The notes beneath the pieces are model-generated. The model was not told the origin of the DNA. It made no database searches and saw only the letters and a list, made by a program, of their open reading frames with translations. This document shows positions 9,973 to 22,040 of a DNA stretch of 64,000 nucleotides, in pieces. The stretch's first letter is position 1, and each line of letters opens with the position of its first letter. Source of the stretch: Hydrolagus colliei (Eukaryota); contig CM068771.1 in NCBI GenBank assembly GCA_035084275.1, forward strand, positions 2,232,001 through 2,296,000. Direction: 5' to 3'. Position numbers and translations under genes: made by a program.

Positions 9973-12900
9973 TCAGGCCGGCTCCTCCAGTCTCTGATCC
10001 TCACTCACTCCAGGTTCCTGAGAACAAAAATACAACCAAACTCCTCAGGTTGTTTTCTGCCCATAAATATACAACTAATTCACTTTACAGTGTATTCTGT
10101 AAAGCGCTTTGAGACAACTAGAAGATATGAAAAGCTCTGTATAAAATACAAGGATAATTATTATCATCTGCCAGGCAGTGTGACCCCCGAGCTGTTTCAC
10201 TCCTAGTGTCTGACACACAAGGAAACCCATTACCCTGATCAGCCGGGTGTCTGACGAATGTGGATATCAATAACTGCTTAAAGTGGCAAACGGGGTAAAA
10301 AATAAAAATATTTTTTTTTCATGTCAAAGTGTACTTTGGACTATATACTTTCAGAAATAAACTGTTTTGATTGGTGAAATAAAGTTATTTCCAAAGAAAT
10401 ATGGGGTAAAGAATAAGAATTCAACAATAAAGTGGAAGTGCTTATTTCAAATGTCGCATTCCCTATATTTCTTTGGAAATAAGTTTATTTCACCAATCAA
10501 AACAGTTTATATAGTTCCGAGTACACTTTGACATGACAACATTATTTTTATTTATTTTTATTTTTTACCCCACTTGCCACCTTAAGAGTTTCCAAGGCAG
10601 ATCAGATAGTTGTTCATGTGAATGCTCTGGCCTGCTCCACGTCAGTGACCCACCTTCCCGCTCCATCATTGGTGACTGGACCTTCAGAATTTCTGCCCCT
10701 ATCGTATAAAATTCCATCCATCCTTCTTTCCTCCTCACCCTCTCTCTTGCCTCCTTCCCCCTACCTGTGTCTCAAAAACCTCCTATTCGACCCAGCCTTC
10801 GGACACGTTCCTATCTCCCCCCCCCACTCCACCCCACCCCCCCATCCCCGATACCGATTTCCAGCTCGGTTTCAAACCCTGACATCCACGAGTTGGGACC
10901 ATCTCCTGTTGTTAACGACGCTGTGTAAATATGATTTTGTATTGTGTGTCACCAACACGCAAAATCTCCCTGTTTCTGGGATGGAGTGCATGCTCTCCCT
11001 CACTAGAGGGATGCATCCTGCATATCTAATTCCCAAGAGTGTTAGGTGCAGATTAGCAAAAGTTAAGCCTTAGGGAGCCCAGAGTGTGTGTTGGGGTGGC
11101 TGCTAGACTCTAAACAGCTGAACCCACACAGATTACCCACTGAGTGCTCTGTCTCTCAAGCTTCCCGCTGCTTGTCCAACCTCCAGGGCATTGGCCACAG
11201 GGATAACAGGAGCCAAGAGGGAAGAGAGACCGCCCCAGTGACCATTGGTAACCAGCTCAGGGTCATGGCCATGGCGACTGTGGCCACTGACTGACCAATA
11301 CCCTGTTAGCTTCACTGTGACCACTTCCCCATCTCAGGAAGGACAGGGCGAGGGAGGGGGATGGGCACAGTCACAGCCCAGCCCTGATCCTCACAGAGGG
11401 TTAGTGTTGGTTAGTGGCTGGTGATCACTGGAGGTCCTGTGGCTCTGACCAGCTCTTACCTGTGGCTGATTGTCGGATAGTGTCAACTGGCTACTGTCAG
11501 TACCTGTTACCAGAAACAGATGAAAGATCAAGTCAGAGTCAGACAAACAATATCTACATGTTACAGACACACAATAGCCATATACTAGTCAGCCAGACAA
11601 TATTTGTGAGTTAAAGTCAGTCAGAGAGAAATTGCTTGTGTGTCACAGATCAAAGAGCCAGACAGAAAACACCTGAACAACACTGTAGAGTTGTGTAAGT
11701 GAGGTGAGCATAGAACATGTCACACGTGTTGCACACACGTCCACTTGCAGAGTGTCACCTGACACTGTGTTCAGCCTCACTGTGATTCACTTACCGGATG
11801 GTCCTCTGTACTGGTGATTCCCGGGGCCTGTAAATAAACAAGCGTCAATTACAAACAGACCAGTGACACACAGACACACACAGACAACAGCCAGTTACAC
11901 ACAGAGATACAACACTCAGTCACATAATCACAGACACACCCATGTCACAACCCTTCAGAAACACATATGGATGCATACACACACACATATACACACACAA
12001 ACACATACACACACAAACACATACACACACACATATACACACACATACACAGATGCTGGATGTACCCTCAAAAACACACAGACATCAGGCAGATACACAC
12101 AGATATAAAACACTCAGTCACAGTCACACACAGATCCCAAGCATTCATACTCACACACACCCATAACAGCCAGTTACACACTGAGAGACAACAGCCAGTC
12201 ACACACACTCAGACATACACAGACCACAACCCTTCACAGATAACACACACAGAAAACTACCTGCTTTTACTCTCGCAGACAAAATCCATCACAGAAACAC
12301 AGAGACAAACAACGCTCAGTAATAGAGGGCCAATGATGCGATAGTTAGCACTGATGATACACAGACATGTGAGGTTGAGTTACTGAATGACTCTGAGCTA
12401 AAGCTCAGGGGAATCACAGCCCCCATCACCTTCTCTCTCATTTCCTCACCATTTTTCTCTCTTTTTATTTTCCAGATGAGAATCCCCACAACAATCCCAA
12501 CAGACAACAGGAAGATCCCGATGACCAAGCCAAGGATCCAGGAAACAGAAAGGTCCGGAGTTCTCTCTGTTTTCCCATTTGTATGGAGTGAACAGAAAAC
12601 AAACTTTCATTAAGATCCTGAGAGCAACAAATAGACTGTTACAAACACCTGTTTGGAGAAGACAGAGCGATCATCCATAGACAGGCTGACTCCTCGTGTT
12701 ATTCCCAGTTTCCCGCTGTGCTCTTGTATATGTGGTGGAGACACCTGTGCAGTTGACACCCAACTCTACTTCTCCTCAACTGTGAATACAGGTCCACTGA
12801 TGTCCTGTCAGCCGGTTGGTTAGACATCAAGGCCTGGATTAATTTAAAATTCCTGCAGATGAGGGATTGAGCAATAGTGTTGCAAACAGAAGCCATAATC

Positions 12901-15900
12901 CTTGGCTCCCATCAATATCTTCTCTTCTGCTGCTCTCACCTCCAGCTGTGAACCCAGATCTACTGTGTGCATGTCTCCGTATCAGAGAATGGATTGACTT
13001 CAAGATTCTCACACTAATCTACAAGCTCATGGCCACTCCTTACTTTTCCGACTAATCCCACTCCTCACTCCCCCAACTGCCCTCTCTGCTCAGCTGGCTC
13101 TGGCCTCCTACTTGCACTTGTCCCCTCTGCTCCACCTTCGGTGGCCTTCCTTTCAGCCACTAAGTTCTGAAACTTTCCAAACCTATTGCTCAGTCCCTCG
13201 GCATTGCTCCCTCCTTCCCCATTTTCAGATCACACCTGAAGACTTTACTCTTCCACCATAACTTTGGACACTTCCCGTGGCTTAGTGTGAGTCTCCACTA
13301 CTGTTAAGGGCTCAGAGACTCAGCCAATTTACCATTGTTGATCTTACCCCACGGCACCTCCATCGCTCCCTGGAGGCTGCTGTGCTCCAACAGACAGGAG
13401 AAGCCTTGCCCCTCCATGGAACCCGTCTCCAGCTCCATCTGCTTCATTATCTGAAAGGTGCCATCGTGGTTGGGTAATACACCTCTGGACACCACCTCGT
13501 GGACAGTGTTGACGTCCCTTGTCCAGGTCACCTCGATGGGCCGCGGATAGAAGCCAGTGACAAGACAGGAGAGAAGGGCTCTCCCCGCCAGGTCCCTCCT
13601 GTAACTGACTGAGACGTCAGGGCGGCCTGGGGAGGGGAGCACAGTCACACACAGCTCAGCACTGAGCCCACTCTGACACAGCAACAATAAATCACATAAC
13701 AAAATATTACTGTATTATACATAAAAACAGTCACTCACTCTGTCTCTGGAATGTGGATTTTGAATGCTGATAATATTGCTCCATTCGTGTAAAACAATAA
13801 TTCTCCAGTTGATGTTTCCAATGCTCGTTCATGGCTGTGTCACTGTCCAGTTTCTGTCTCAGGATCTGAGCCTCAGGAACAGCGGAAATCCATCTCAGCT
13901 CATTTTTATCGAAGCTGATAAAATCCTTACCATCAAATGCGACTGAGATGTGTCCATGTGTTCTGCCATCCTCACTCACTGCACAGCTATAAATCACCTG
14001 GGCATAGTGAACACCTGAAATAGCCATTCACAGCCATTCTGATAAGTGTGTCACTCACCAGATTTCTGATAAACACACAACAAGAACAACAACAACAACA
14101 ACGTACATTTATAGAGGACGTCCCAAGGAGCTGTATGGTTAGGTTGGGACCCAAGCAAGGTGTGGGCGGGATAGTTGGGGTAGGCTAGGGTGGTAGGAGA
14201 ATAGGAAAGGTGGGACAGTTACGAGGGCAGCAGAACGGATGGTCAAAGAGTAAGGTCTTCATACCGGCCTTGAAAGAGGAAAGGGAGAGGAAGCGAGGTG
14301 AAGGGATTGCGGGATGGAGTTCCAGAGTGTGGGGGCAGAGAGGCTGAAAGCCCGGCCACCGATGATAGGGCAGTTCGGGCAAGGGACATGGAGCAGGCCA
14401 GAGCCCACGGAATGGAGGGGATGGGAAGGCTGATAGGAGGCTGCAAGTCAGAGAGATATGTGTGCAAGCCCGTGAAAGAGAGGATGAGGATCTTGAACTC
14501 GATCCTCTGAGGAATGGGGAGCCAGTGGAGATGGGCAAGGGTGGGAGTGATATGGTCGTGGAGCCTAGTGCGGGAGAGTTCTGAATAATCTGCAGATTGT
14601 GAAGGGTGGAGCAGGGAAGGCCAACGAGGAGAGTTCCGATAGTTGAGCCTTGATGTGATGAATATGTGTATTAGTAGAATCATAGAATCTTAGAATCTTA
14701 AGGCACAAAAAGAGGCCACTCGGCCATTGGGTCTGTGCCGGCTTCTTGAAAAGTGCAATTAAATCCCACTCCCCAGCTCTCTCCCCAGAACATAAGAACA
14801 TAAGAAGTAGCAGCAGGAGTAGGCCATTCGGCCCATTTGGCCTGCATTCACCAACTCTGAGTGAAGAAGTTTTCTTCTCAACTCAGTGCGAAAGGGCTGA
14901 CCCCTAATTTTAAGACTGGGACCCCTGGTCTCTTCATATAAGATAATGAGTTTGAGGCTGTGGCCACAGTTGTGGGTCCAAGACTTTATGTGGAGGTGAG
15001 ACTAGTGTCCCAGTCCTTGCCAGACGCACTCGCTCTCTGTCTCGTAGAGGATCGATTTCAAGATCCTCACTCTTGTTTTCAAATCCCTCCACTCCTCTGT
15101 AGCCCCCTACCTCGCTGACCTCCTCTCTCCTCACAATAGCATTGGTTGCCTTCGCTCTACCACGTCTGGCCTCCTCTGTGTTCCCTGAATCAATCCGCTC
15201 TACCATCGGTGGCTATGCCTTCAGGCACTAAGCCACGAAGCTCTGGAACTCCCTTCCTCACTCCCTTTGCCTCGCTCCTCTCTTCCTATTTTCAGATCTC
15301 GGCTAAAGACCTTTCATTTCGACCGCACTTTAGGAATATCTTCTACCCCTTCCCCCTAGCTCAGCCCAGTGATCCTTTATTGGGAAGCACTCTGAGATGC
15401 CATCCAGTGTAGAGGGCACTATATAAATCCAAGTTGTTGTTGAGCTCATGGATCATGATGTTTTGATTTTGGGGTGGTATTGGGAGCGGACGTTTTGCGG
15501 TTGAATGTGAATTAATGATCTGTCGGAGGAAGGTTTGAAGGGAGGGTAGCATGGGCTTGAGGCACTGGGGAGAAATTATTTTGCAGGTGAGTGCCTTTCG
15601 GATGTGGGGGTTGGAGGTGTGGTGTTGGGGAGAGTAGGCGATGGGGCAGTCTGGTTGGCTGCTGTGGGACAACCATCAGCGTGATCCTTGGGAGCCTGGT
15701 AGAAGATGCTTAGGCTGGAGCAGAGGGAGGTAATGCTGGGGTCCAGGAGAGAGAGAAAGTGAGGAAGGAATTGGGAGAGGACTATTGGGAATAGTGGAAT
15801 GTGGAGAATTTTCATGGGGTGGCTCACAATAGCACACAGACACTCACTGACTCCCTCCCTCTCACATTGAACCACATTAACACAGAAACACGCAGTGAAA

Positions 15901-18900
15901 AGTGCCGGACGTTTACAATATATATTAAACCAAGCCTCCCTTGGTCTCTCCCCCTTCTTGTCTGGCTGTTTTCCCCTCTTTCGAGCACCTCACGCTCCAC
16001 CATCCCTCCCTTTCCTTAAAAATCCTCCTTCTTTATCGTCCTCCTAAACCCCCTGGATCTTTCATCTCCGATATCTCCACTCTCCTCCCTGTCCCTCAGC
16101 TCCGAACGCCTACTCATCATGGGCGACTTCAACCTCCACCTAAACTCCCCCTGTGCCACCTCTTCTGAATTCACTGCCCTCCTCTCCTCCCTAAACCTCA
16201 ACCTCCACATTGCCTCTCCAACCTACAACCGTGGCCACGCCCTTGACCTCATTATCACCCATGGCCTTAACATTTCCGACCTCAGCATTTCGGACAAGGC
16301 CATCTCGGACCACCTTCTTGTCTCCTTCTCCTCTTCCATTCCTCTACCCTTCCACAAGCCCTCAACCATACTTTTCCACCCATGGGAAAGTCTCCCCGCT
16401 GAGACCCTCACAGATGCCCTCACATCCTCTGACCTCCTACCTCTCTGGTCTTCCACACACAGCGATCCTGAAGCAGCTGTCCAGCTGCTCCATGACCACC
16501 TCTCCTCCACCTTGAACTCCCTCGTCACCCTGAAATCCAGATCCATCTCCAACTCCACCCGCTCCCCCTGGTACAACTCTCATCTCCGCACCCTCAAATG
16601 CCAAACCCGGCTGCTCGAGCGCAGGTGGCAGAAAACTGGCCTCACGGTTCACCACCAACTGTGGCTTGAGCAACTCCACAGCTACCGCCGTTCCTTGTGT
16701 CAAGCAAAAGTGGCCTACTACTCCAACATCATCCTGGAGGCAAACAACAACACCAAAGTCCTCTTTTCCATCACCCACCACCTCCTCCGTGCACCCCCTC
16801 AGGCCTCCTCAATCTTCACTTCAAATGCGAAGTGCGAGGAGGTCACGGACTTCTTTTCTTCCAAGATCCACAACATCCGCCAGGCAGCATCATCCTCCAG
16901 CCTCTCGTCTCCCACTACCACCCCCACCCCATCCCCCTCAACCCCCCCCACCTTCAGCTCCTACCTCAACCCCCTTCCTACACTCCTTCTCCCCCATCTC
17001 TCCTTCCTCCCTCTCACGCACTCTCACCTCTATGAGGCCAACAACCTGCTGCCTCGATCCCATCTCCACTAACCTACTGCTCACCCAACTCCCCCTCCTC
17101 TGCCCACTGCTAGCTGATATCATCAACCAGTCCCTCTCCTCCGGATCAGTCCCTGCCCCCATCAAAACTGCTGTCATCACCCCCCTCCTTAAAAAACCCT
17201 CCCTAGATCCCTCAAACCCCAGCCACTACCGCCCTATCTCAAACCTGCCCTTCCTCTCAGAAGCACAGGAACGCGTTGTCGCAAACCAACTCCGTGCCCA
17301 CCCATCCTCCCACTCCCTCTTTGAACCCCTCCAGTCCGGTTTACACCCTACCCACAGTACAGAGACTGCGCTTGTGAAAGTCACAAACGATGTTCTCTCT
17401 ATCTGTGACCAGGATTCCCTCTGCCTCCTTAACCTCCTGGACCTGTTGGCTGCCTTTGACACAGTCGACCACGCCATCCTCCTCCACCACCTGTCCTCCG
17501 TCATCCACCTCAGTGGGACCGCACTCGCCTGGTTCGAGTCCTACCTCACAAACCGCCAGCAGTACATCTCCACAAACGGTTTTTTCTCCCGCACTCAACC
17601 AGTTACCTGCGGGGTACCCCAGGGATCCATCCTTGACGCCCTCCTTTTCCTCATCTACACGCTTCCTCTTGCGGATGTGATCCACAGACATGGGGCACAC
17701 TTCCACATGTACGCGGATGACACCCAACTCTATCTCTCCACTTCACTTTGTGACCCCCAGTCCCCCGATGTGGTGTCAGACTGCCTTTCAGCCATCAGGG
17801 GCTGGATGAGCACAAAGGTCTTGCAGCTGAATGTTGACAAGACGGAGGCCATACTCCTGGGCTCTCATCAACGTCTCCATTCGCATGGCTCTCACCTCCT
17901 CCACCTTCCCGCTCTGCCCCTAAAACTCACCGAACCTGTGCGCAACCTTGGCATCAGGTTCGACGCCCAACTGTCCTTCCTCCCCCACATCCGGTCCGTC
18001 ACCAGCACTGCCTTCTACCACCTCCGCCGGATCGCCCGTCTCCCGCAATACCTCACCTTAAAAGCCGCTGAAACCTTGGTCTACGCCTTCGTCACCTCTC
18101 GGCTGGACTATTGCAACGCCCTCCTCACCGGTCTCCCCTCCACCACAATCCACAAAATCCACCTTATCCAGAACTCTGCCGCCCGATACTCACCCACTCT
18201 AAGCTTCGCCCCCCATCACCCCAGTCCTTGCCAGACTTCACTGGCTCCCTATCCCAGAGTGGATCAACTTCAAGATCCTCACCCTGGTTTTCAAATCCCT
18301 CCACTCCTCTGCACCCCCCTATCTCTCTGATCTCCTCTCCCCCCAACCCAGCACCCGCCGCCACCGCTCCTCTGGGTCTGGCCTCCTCCATGTCCCCCGA
18401 GTCCTCCACTCCACCTTCGGCGGCCGTGCCTTTAGCCACTACGCCCCGAGGATCTGGAACTCCCTTCCTCACTCCCTTCGCCTCGCCCCCTCTCTTCCCA
18501 GTTTCAGGTCACAGTTGAAGACCTTTCTCTTCGACCGAGCTTTTGGTCACCTGCCTGCCCCTGCCCCTGGCTCGGTCCCGGGATCCGCTACTGTGAAGCG
18601 CTCTGAGACGCCTTCTGGCGTGGAGGGCGCGATATAAATCGAAGCTGTTGTTGTTGTAAACCACTCACCGCTCGTAATATTCCTCCTCTTCATCATGTAA
18701 ACCATATTCTCCTTGAATAATACATGCTCTGCCTTATTCTCCTCTACATTTATGTATATGCGATGTGCTCTAAGAGCCTCCTGTAAACTCGGTATCCGGG
18801 TAACAATTCTCTGACTGTTGCTGTTGTAGCGATACATCTCAACATCATCCACCATCACTGTACGGCTGTACTCTGGGAAATCTCCATCTCCTGACATCAA

Positions 18901-20123
18901 CGTGTGGAACCCTCTCAACGCCCGAGGCTCTGTCAGACACAAACACACAGACTGATTGTACATGTGTAACAGTTCACTCTGAGCACATGCTGAGCACACA
19001 CTTCACACTCATTGTGTGTGTCCTGAACACACACAGATCACAGTGTACACAGAGCTCACTGTGTACAGTGTGCACACTGTACAGTGGGGAGAGCAATCTC
19101 ACAGAACTGTGATAGACTGACAAAAGGAATCCAGGTGCAATCTCTGTTCCCATCAACTCTAACCCCGAGCCATTCCCCCCACCACCGCAGCCACTGACCC
19201 CCTCCCCCAGCCACTGACCCCCTCCCCCAGCCACTGACCCCCTCCCTCAGCCAATGACCCCCTCCCCCAGCCACTGACTCCCTCCCTCAGCCACTGCCCC
19301 CCTCTCCCAGCCACTGACCCCCTCCCTCAGCCACTGACCCCCTCCCTCAGCCAGTGACCCCCTCCCCCAGCCACTGACACTCTCCCCCAGCCACTGACCC
19401 CCTCCCCCAGCCACTGACCCGCTACCTCAGCCAGTGACCTCCTCCCCCAGCCACTTACCCCCTCGCTCAGCCACTGACCCCCTCCCCCAGCCACTGACCC
19501 CTTCCCCCAGCCACTGACCCTCTCCCCCAGCCACTGACCCCCTCCCCCAGCCACTGACTCCCTCCCCCAGCCACTGGCCCCTACTGCTCCCCCACCTCAA
19601 CAAACCCTCTCACAGCTCCACATCTCAGCCCCTAAGCTACCCCTAAACACTCACTCATCACCTCAATACACTCTTAGCCCCTCAACAAAGCCTCAAACTC
19701 CCTTCCCCTCAACACACCCTCTGTACAACCTCATCCACAGCCTCAGTACCTCAATACCTCCGTCAACATACCCTCAGTCACTCAACAAACCCTCATCTCT
19801 TCAAGACACCCGTCAACCCCACAACAAAACTCAACACAGACATCAAAAAATCAACACACCCTCAAAACACATCCAACACCTGCCCTTCCCCAGCCTCTCT
19901 CCCACTCAACCCCAAACCTTCCCCCAGCCACTATCCACCTCAACCCCTTCCCCCCAAAACACTCCCAGTCATTCCCCCCACTCCCCCAGCCTGAGCCCCA
20001 TCCCTGATCTTAGCCTAATAACAAACAGTAACAGTCAGAGTCTGGTGGCCACTTACTGTACAGCCCCCCACACACAGACAGGAGGACAGGGAGAGCCATC
20101 AGAGACCTTATCATCCTGGCCAT
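9973..20123 (-). CDS. MHC-1: non-classical MHC class I-like heavy chain, complete and open
   Basis: Minus-strand exons: leader 20057-20123 (MARMIRSLMALPVLLSVCGGLY), alpha1 18669-18929 (261 bp; VDD, N86-type glycan site RNIT), alpha2 13739-14014 (276 bp; C..C pair, AFDGKDFISFD), alpha3 13348-13626 (279 bp; C1-Ig CLVTGFYPRPIEVTW..LPNHDGTFQ..CLLEHSSL), TM 12450-12566, cytoplasmic 11795-11827 (33 bp, Tyr), 11460-11503 and 9973-10017 (EPGVSEDQRLEEPA*). All GT-AG, phases consistent. Confidence 0.92.
10282..10581. mobile_element. Palindromic MITE, Kolobok-type (TTAA TSD, RR termini), 300 bp
   Basis: About 130-bp imperfect TIRs (AGTGGCAAACGGGGTAAAAAA / GGTGGCAAGTGGGGTAAAAAA; shared CTGTTTTGATTGGTGAAATAAA); TTAA at 10278-10281 and 10582-10585. 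Confidence 0.8.
11870..12310. repeat. Degenerate (CA)n-rich microsatellite (mirror at 51180-51585)
   Basis: CA/TA runs between the TM and first cytoplasmic exon; source of the spurious His/Thr ORFs. Confidence 0.9.
14090..14660 (-). mobile_element. L2 3' fragment in MHC-1 intron 2
   Basis: [26 protein letters not shown] and an (AAC)n tail on the + strand. Confidence 0.8.
15933..18656 (+). mobile_element. L2-clade LINE, 5'-truncated in the endonuclease, with frameshifted EN-RT ORF2
   Basis: APE motifs (LYRPP, GDFNLH, GHALDLIIT), RT motifs ([16 protein letters not shown]), (GTT)n tail; 7-bp TSD TAAACCA at 15926-15932 and 18657-18663; absent from the MHC-2 paralog. Confidence 0.92.
19188..19580. 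repeat. 20-bp minisatellite (CAGCCACTGACCCCCTCCCC)n, about 19 copies
   Basis: Exact 20-bp periodicity in MHC-1 intron 1. Confidence 0.95.
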
Positions 20124-20231
20124 GGCTGGTCACTGACACTGACAGTCTGTCTGTCTGTCCAGCCAGACCCTCTGCTCCCCACCACAGCCTCTCAGCTCTA
20201 ACCCCAACACTGTCTCTGATCAGACTCTCAC

Positions 20232-20250
20232 TGACTCACTCTCAGCCAAT
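20232..20250 (-). promoter_or_regulatory. Inverted CCAAT (Y-box-like) and AP-1 motif, MHC-1 proximal promoter
   Basis: ATTGG (20250-20246) and TGAGTCA (20238-20232), about 110-125 bp before the ATG; identical in MHC-2. Confidence 0.5.
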
Positions 20251-20766
20251 GGGAGGATCTCAGTAGTTTCTTGTAACCTGTCTCTGGGTAAAAGGCTCTG
20301 AGACAGGTTGTGATCTGTGGTTTCTCACTGTGTGAGTGAGAGCGTCTGTCTGTGTGTGTCAGTGTGTGTATATGTGTCTCTGTCTGGGTGTGTGAGTGTG
20401 TATCTGTGTGCCCGTCTCTGTCTGTGTATAAGTTTGTGTCTGAGATGCTCTGAGATGCCGTCCGGCGTGGAGGGCGCTACATAAATCCAAGTTGTTGTGT
20501 GTGTGTATGTGTGTGTGAGAGTGGCTATTTGTGTTTGTGTATTTGTGTATGTGTCTGTCTGTGTATCTGTGTCTGTCTGTGTATCTGTGTCTGTCTGTGT
20601 ATCTGTGTTACTCAGTCAATGTTTAAATTGTCCCAGAAGAAGTCGCTGTTTGGAATGCCATTCTTGTCAGTATTTGTAGTTAGAATTCTGTAACTACAGG
20701 ATTAGTTTGTCACCACACATGACCGGTGGGCGCTGGAGGAGAATCTGTTCAAAGGGACTCTGTTGC

Positions 20767-20823
20767 GTAAAAGTGAAAATAAATGTGTTCAGTGGATGTT
20801 ATTGAAACAGGCCGGGGATTTCC
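20767..20823 (-). promoter_or_regulatory. NF-kB site plus ISRE/IRF element upstream of MHC-1
   Basis: GGGGATTTCC at 20814-20823 (matches GGGRNWYYCC) and GTAAAAGTGAAAA at 20767-20779; the block is conserved in the MHC-2 copy. Confidence 0.65.
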
Positions 20824-22040
20824 TTCCCTCCTCCCCCATTCTTCCCTCCAGCTCTCCAAAACGTACCACCCACTAACTCACCTCACCGCACACCCTCCTC
20901 CTCACTCCACCCCTGACTGATGATCCCTCTTGGCGATGTTCCAATGATCCCAACACCCACAAAATGGGAAGGCAGATAGCGAGTGACAGCCAAAACATGA
21001 AAAGGAGCATCAAAAAACTGAAAAAATGGAGAGGAACTAGGGTTCATTGCAAGGCTGGAAAGACAAAACAGGATAAATTAATTCTACAGGTAAAAGAAGG
21101 GGTGAAGGTAAAAACTCAAATCCAATGTCAAAACCACCAACACCGAAGGATTGTAAAGATACAACTAAGAGGGGACTAAAGTGTCAAATTTGGATGAAAG
21201 GTTGGGAAAAATGAGGATGCCCTAAAGTGGAAGGAAGGGAGGGCAAACGTGGGTCGAACAAAGCGTTTGAGGTGGGATTTGACGGCGGCAAAGAAGAGGG
21301 TGAGGTAGACAGATTGTGGGGTAGAATTCTAACTAGTGACATCTCCTCTAATGTTCCAAACTCTGTGACCCCATTTCCCCCCATTCTCGCCCGACTCCAT
21401 TGGCTCCCCGTCATCCAGAGGATCTAATTCAAGATTCTGGTACTCACATTTAAAGCCCCCCACAACCTGGCCCCACCCTACAGCTGTGACCTCCTATGTC
21501 CTTACCAACCTGCCCGTCCCCTCCATTCGGCTCCATGTCCCCCGATACCCGACCCACCATTGGCGGATGAGCCTTCAGCTGCTTTGCTCCCATCCTCTGG
21601 AACTCCATTCTGCAGTCTCTCCACCCAGCCTCCCTGGCCTCCTTCAAGTCCTTCCTCAAGGTTCTCCTCTTTGATGGACCCATCGGCAACTCCTAATCCC
21701 CCCTTCCCTCCCCACCCACTGTGCTAAACTCTGGTGTGAAGCAGTAACTGTCCAGTCCCTTGGGATGTCCTCCTGACGTGAAAGGCGCTATACAAGTGTA
21801 ATTTTGTTATTGTTGTTGGAACTAACTTATAAGGTTAAATCTCCCTTTTCTTTAAAAAATTTCAGTTAATATGACATGAACATTAATGGCAGAAACGGCT
21901 TCACTTCAAGTGGAAACCAAAGGGTTAACTCTCTCTGAGCAGCCTGTGTTCTTCAGTTTACACAAAGTGCTCACAGTGAGTGAACCTAAACTGCCCACAG
22001 TCAGTGGCTGCAGATCATCTCTCCATCAAGAAGGCAGAGA

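Larger units (their letters stand above)
1..21220. repeat. Left arm of an inverted segmental duplication (TRIM-A + MHC-1 + upstream enhancer)
   Basis: Reverse-complement collinear with 43660-64000 through introns and intergenic DNA (paired spurious ORFs, e.g. 4503..4697 vs 60066..60263, 12316..12528 vs 50920..51132). Most similar from about 390 to 14100, more diverged from alpha1 to the promoter. Confidence 0.92.

Noticed and set aside
9973-11503. Dileucine or YxxPhi sorting signals in the tail
   Set aside because: EDQRLE, DSSQLT and YRGP do not match the consensus motifs.
11863-12344. His/Thr-rich ORFs (also 51104-51583) and Val/Cys-rich ORFs at 20497-20693
   Set aside because: Translations of CA/TG microsatellites.
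5525-13626. Butyrophilin-like fusion of Ig/TM exons to a B30.2 exon
   Set aside because: The class I-like exons and the nearest downstream B30.2 exons are on opposite strands, and each gene has its own complete exon set.
16119-18330. Active autonomous LINE
   Set aside because: 5'-truncated, with at least three frameshifts.
19188-19580. CRISPR-like array
   Set aside because: Contiguous tandem units with no unique spacers, in a vertebrate intron.
9973-20123. Naming the gene CD1, MR1, UAA or another lineage; naming the TRIMs
   Set aside because: No lineage-diagnostic match can be established without a search, so gene symbols are left blank.
20232-20300. Full SXY module
   Set aside because: An RFX-like GTTACAAGAAAC occurs in MHC-1 only, its spacing to ATTGG does not fit X-Y, and the AP-1 motif is on the wrong side.
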